From Methanobacteriota archaeon (GTDB taxonomy: Archaea; Thermoplasmatota; Poseidoniia; Poseidoniales; Thalassarchaeaceae), in contig JAOMRN010000003.1 of NCBI GenBank assembly GCA_028355015.1, positions 151,740-215,739 of the forward strand: a stretch of 64,000 nucleotides of DNA. The letters are read 5' to 3'. Below the pieces are notes generated by a model. It saw nothing but the letters and a program-made list of their open reading frames with translations. It had not been told where the DNA came from and made no database searches. This document shows positions 62,666 through 64,000 of this stretch, in pieces; the first letter of the stretch is position 1, and each line of letters starts with the position of its first letter. Position numbers and translations under genes: made by a program.

Positions 62666-63982
62666 GTGAAAGTCATTAATGATGCAATACATGGCCAATT
62701 CCGTATTGATGGAGTTAGGGAAGAATTACTCAAAACACCAGAAATGAATAAACTAAGTCACATCAAACAGTTAGGCTTAGCTCACCTAGTATTTCCGGGT
62801 GCTCATCATACTCGTTTCGAGCATTCTCTGGGGGTATCTCATATAGGTGGTTTAATGTCAGATTCTATTTCTCTAGATCCTCATGAGAAATCTACAGTTC
62901 AGGTCGCAGGAATGCTCCATGATGTAGGACATGGTCCGTATTCACATACACTTGAACACATACTTCATGAAAGAGGGGGGCTCGATCATATGTCAATTAC
63001 TGAAGGAATTATATTGGGGGAATACGACGTACTAAGAGAGGGTGAGGAAAAATCTGTTAGGAATCGTAGAAGTATACCTGAGATCCTAGAGTCTTTTGAT
63101 ATTGTTCCCAAAGAAGTAGCAGGTCTAATTCGAGGCCCTGGTGCAGGCGGTACTGAAAGAAACTTATTGCAATGGACGGAAGGGAAACAAGATTTTGTAT
63201 CTCAAGATAATACGTTATCGCATCTAGTTCATGGGCCAATTGATTGCGACCAAATGGATTATTTGCTGAGAGACTCTCATTTCACGGGCGTTAAACACGG
63301 CATAATTGATCACCATCGACTTATAGAATGTTTAGAGAGACATAGCGGAGATATAGCGGTTGAGGAAGGTGGGCTTCCTGCACTAGAAGGTATGTTGATG
63401 GCTCGAGGGTTGATGTATAGTGCAGTCTACTTCCATAGAGTCACCAGAGTCACTGAAATCATGCTTTCTAGAGCGGTTGAGAGAAGTATGGACAAATTAC
63501 CTGATTCAGTTGACTTGCAGAGAAGGGTTGATGCTGAAATTTGGGATGCATTGTATAACGCAGGAGATTATGCTAAGGATATGATTAGGAGATTAAAATA
63601 TCGCCAATTATTGAAAGTTGCTACAAGCCGTAGAAGGCAAGATTTAACTGATGAAATCATTGAACGATTAGTTGACTTAGCATCTAATTCAGAAAAAAGA
63701 ATTGAGTTTGAAAATGAAATTGCCAATCGTGCTGGTATTGAAGAAGGATATGTTGCAATAGATGTCCCCTCGGTCAAATTATTATTATCTGAACCAAGAA
63801 TGTCACAAGTCGACATTAGAATAATTGGGGATGACAAAAAAACGCGATGGTTTAGGGACCATACTCCAATAGCCGAAGCATTGAGGAAACGACAGGTGTC
63901 TCAATCAGCTGTTTATGTTATGACTATCCCGGGTTCCGAAAAGATTGTATCTCGCATTGCTGATGAATATATATTCTCATAA
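62666..63982 (+). CDS. HD-domain phosphohydrolase (dNTP triphosphohydrolase-like, COG1078 type)
   Basis: GTG start preceded by GAGGT. MKVINDAIHG, HTRFEHSLGVSH, HDVGHGPYSH and DYLLRDSHFTG. Confidence 0.8.
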   Translation: MKVINDAIHGQFRIDGVREELLKTPEMNKLSHIKQLGLAHLVFPGAHHTRFEHSLGVSHIGGLMSDSISLDPHEKSTVQVAGMLHDVGHGPYSHTLEHILHERGGLDHMSITEGIILGEYDVLREGEEKSVRNRRSIPEILESFDIVPKEVAGLIRGPGAGGTERNLLQWTEGKQDFVSQDNTLSHLVHGPIDCDQMDYLLRDSHFTGVKHGIIDHHRLIECLERHSGDIAVEEGGLPALEGMLMARGLMYSAVYFHRVTRVTEIMLSRAVERSMDKLPDSVDLQRRVDAEIWDALYNAGDYAKDMIRRLKYRQLLKVATSRRRQDLTDEIIERLVDLASNSEKRIEFENEIANRAGIEEGYVAIDVPSVKLLLSEPRMSQVDIRIIGDDKKTRWFRDHTPIAEALRKRQVSQSAVYVMTIPGSEKIVSRIADEYIFS

Positions 63983-64000
63983 TTGGTAAAGTCTTAACCT

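Overview
AT-rich, very gene-dense segment (about 60 genes, short gaps, many 1-4 nt overlaps) that looks like archaeal chromosome. Archaeal informational genes are present: aIF2-beta, aRF1 with NIKS and GGQ, class I LysRS, ArgRS, aTrm56, NOG1-type GTPase, XPD helicase and archaeal-type UMP kinase. They are interleaved with bacterial-like operational genes: an AapQMP-type amino-acid ABC importer, NfeD/flotillin, thiolase, carAB, folP/folB, and a complete E1a-E1b-E2-E3 2-oxoacid dehydrogenase operon with lipA upstream and lipB downstream on the same strand. This mix, plus giant surface proteins, suggests a planktonic Thermoplasmatota genome, possibly Marine Group II/Poseidoniales-like, but that is inference only. 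I saw no rRNA, CRISPR array, transposase or integrase. There is one tRNA-Leu(UAA) at 47071-47155 (-), and the ORF track wrongly reads through it in antisense. The stand-out is the 47.3-59.3 kb locus next to that tRNA. It encodes two co-directional giant membrane-anchored surface proteins, about 987 aa and 2988 aa. The larger one combines about 20 thrombospondin-type-3-like Ca-binding repeats, a transglutaminase-like core whose His and Asp appear substituted, about 15 tandem beta-sandwich modules with many N-glycosylation sequons, one TM helix and a DUF4129-like cytoplasmic tail. The MoxR/DUF58 partners that usually accompany such a core are absent from the window. Secondary points are a tandem-RHH regulator coupled to a 69-aa basic protein with operator-like repeats, an orphan hairpin plus T9 element, and a small Cys-motif ORF that may be a frameshifted zinc ribbon. 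All family calls rest on motifs read by eye; no searches were run.
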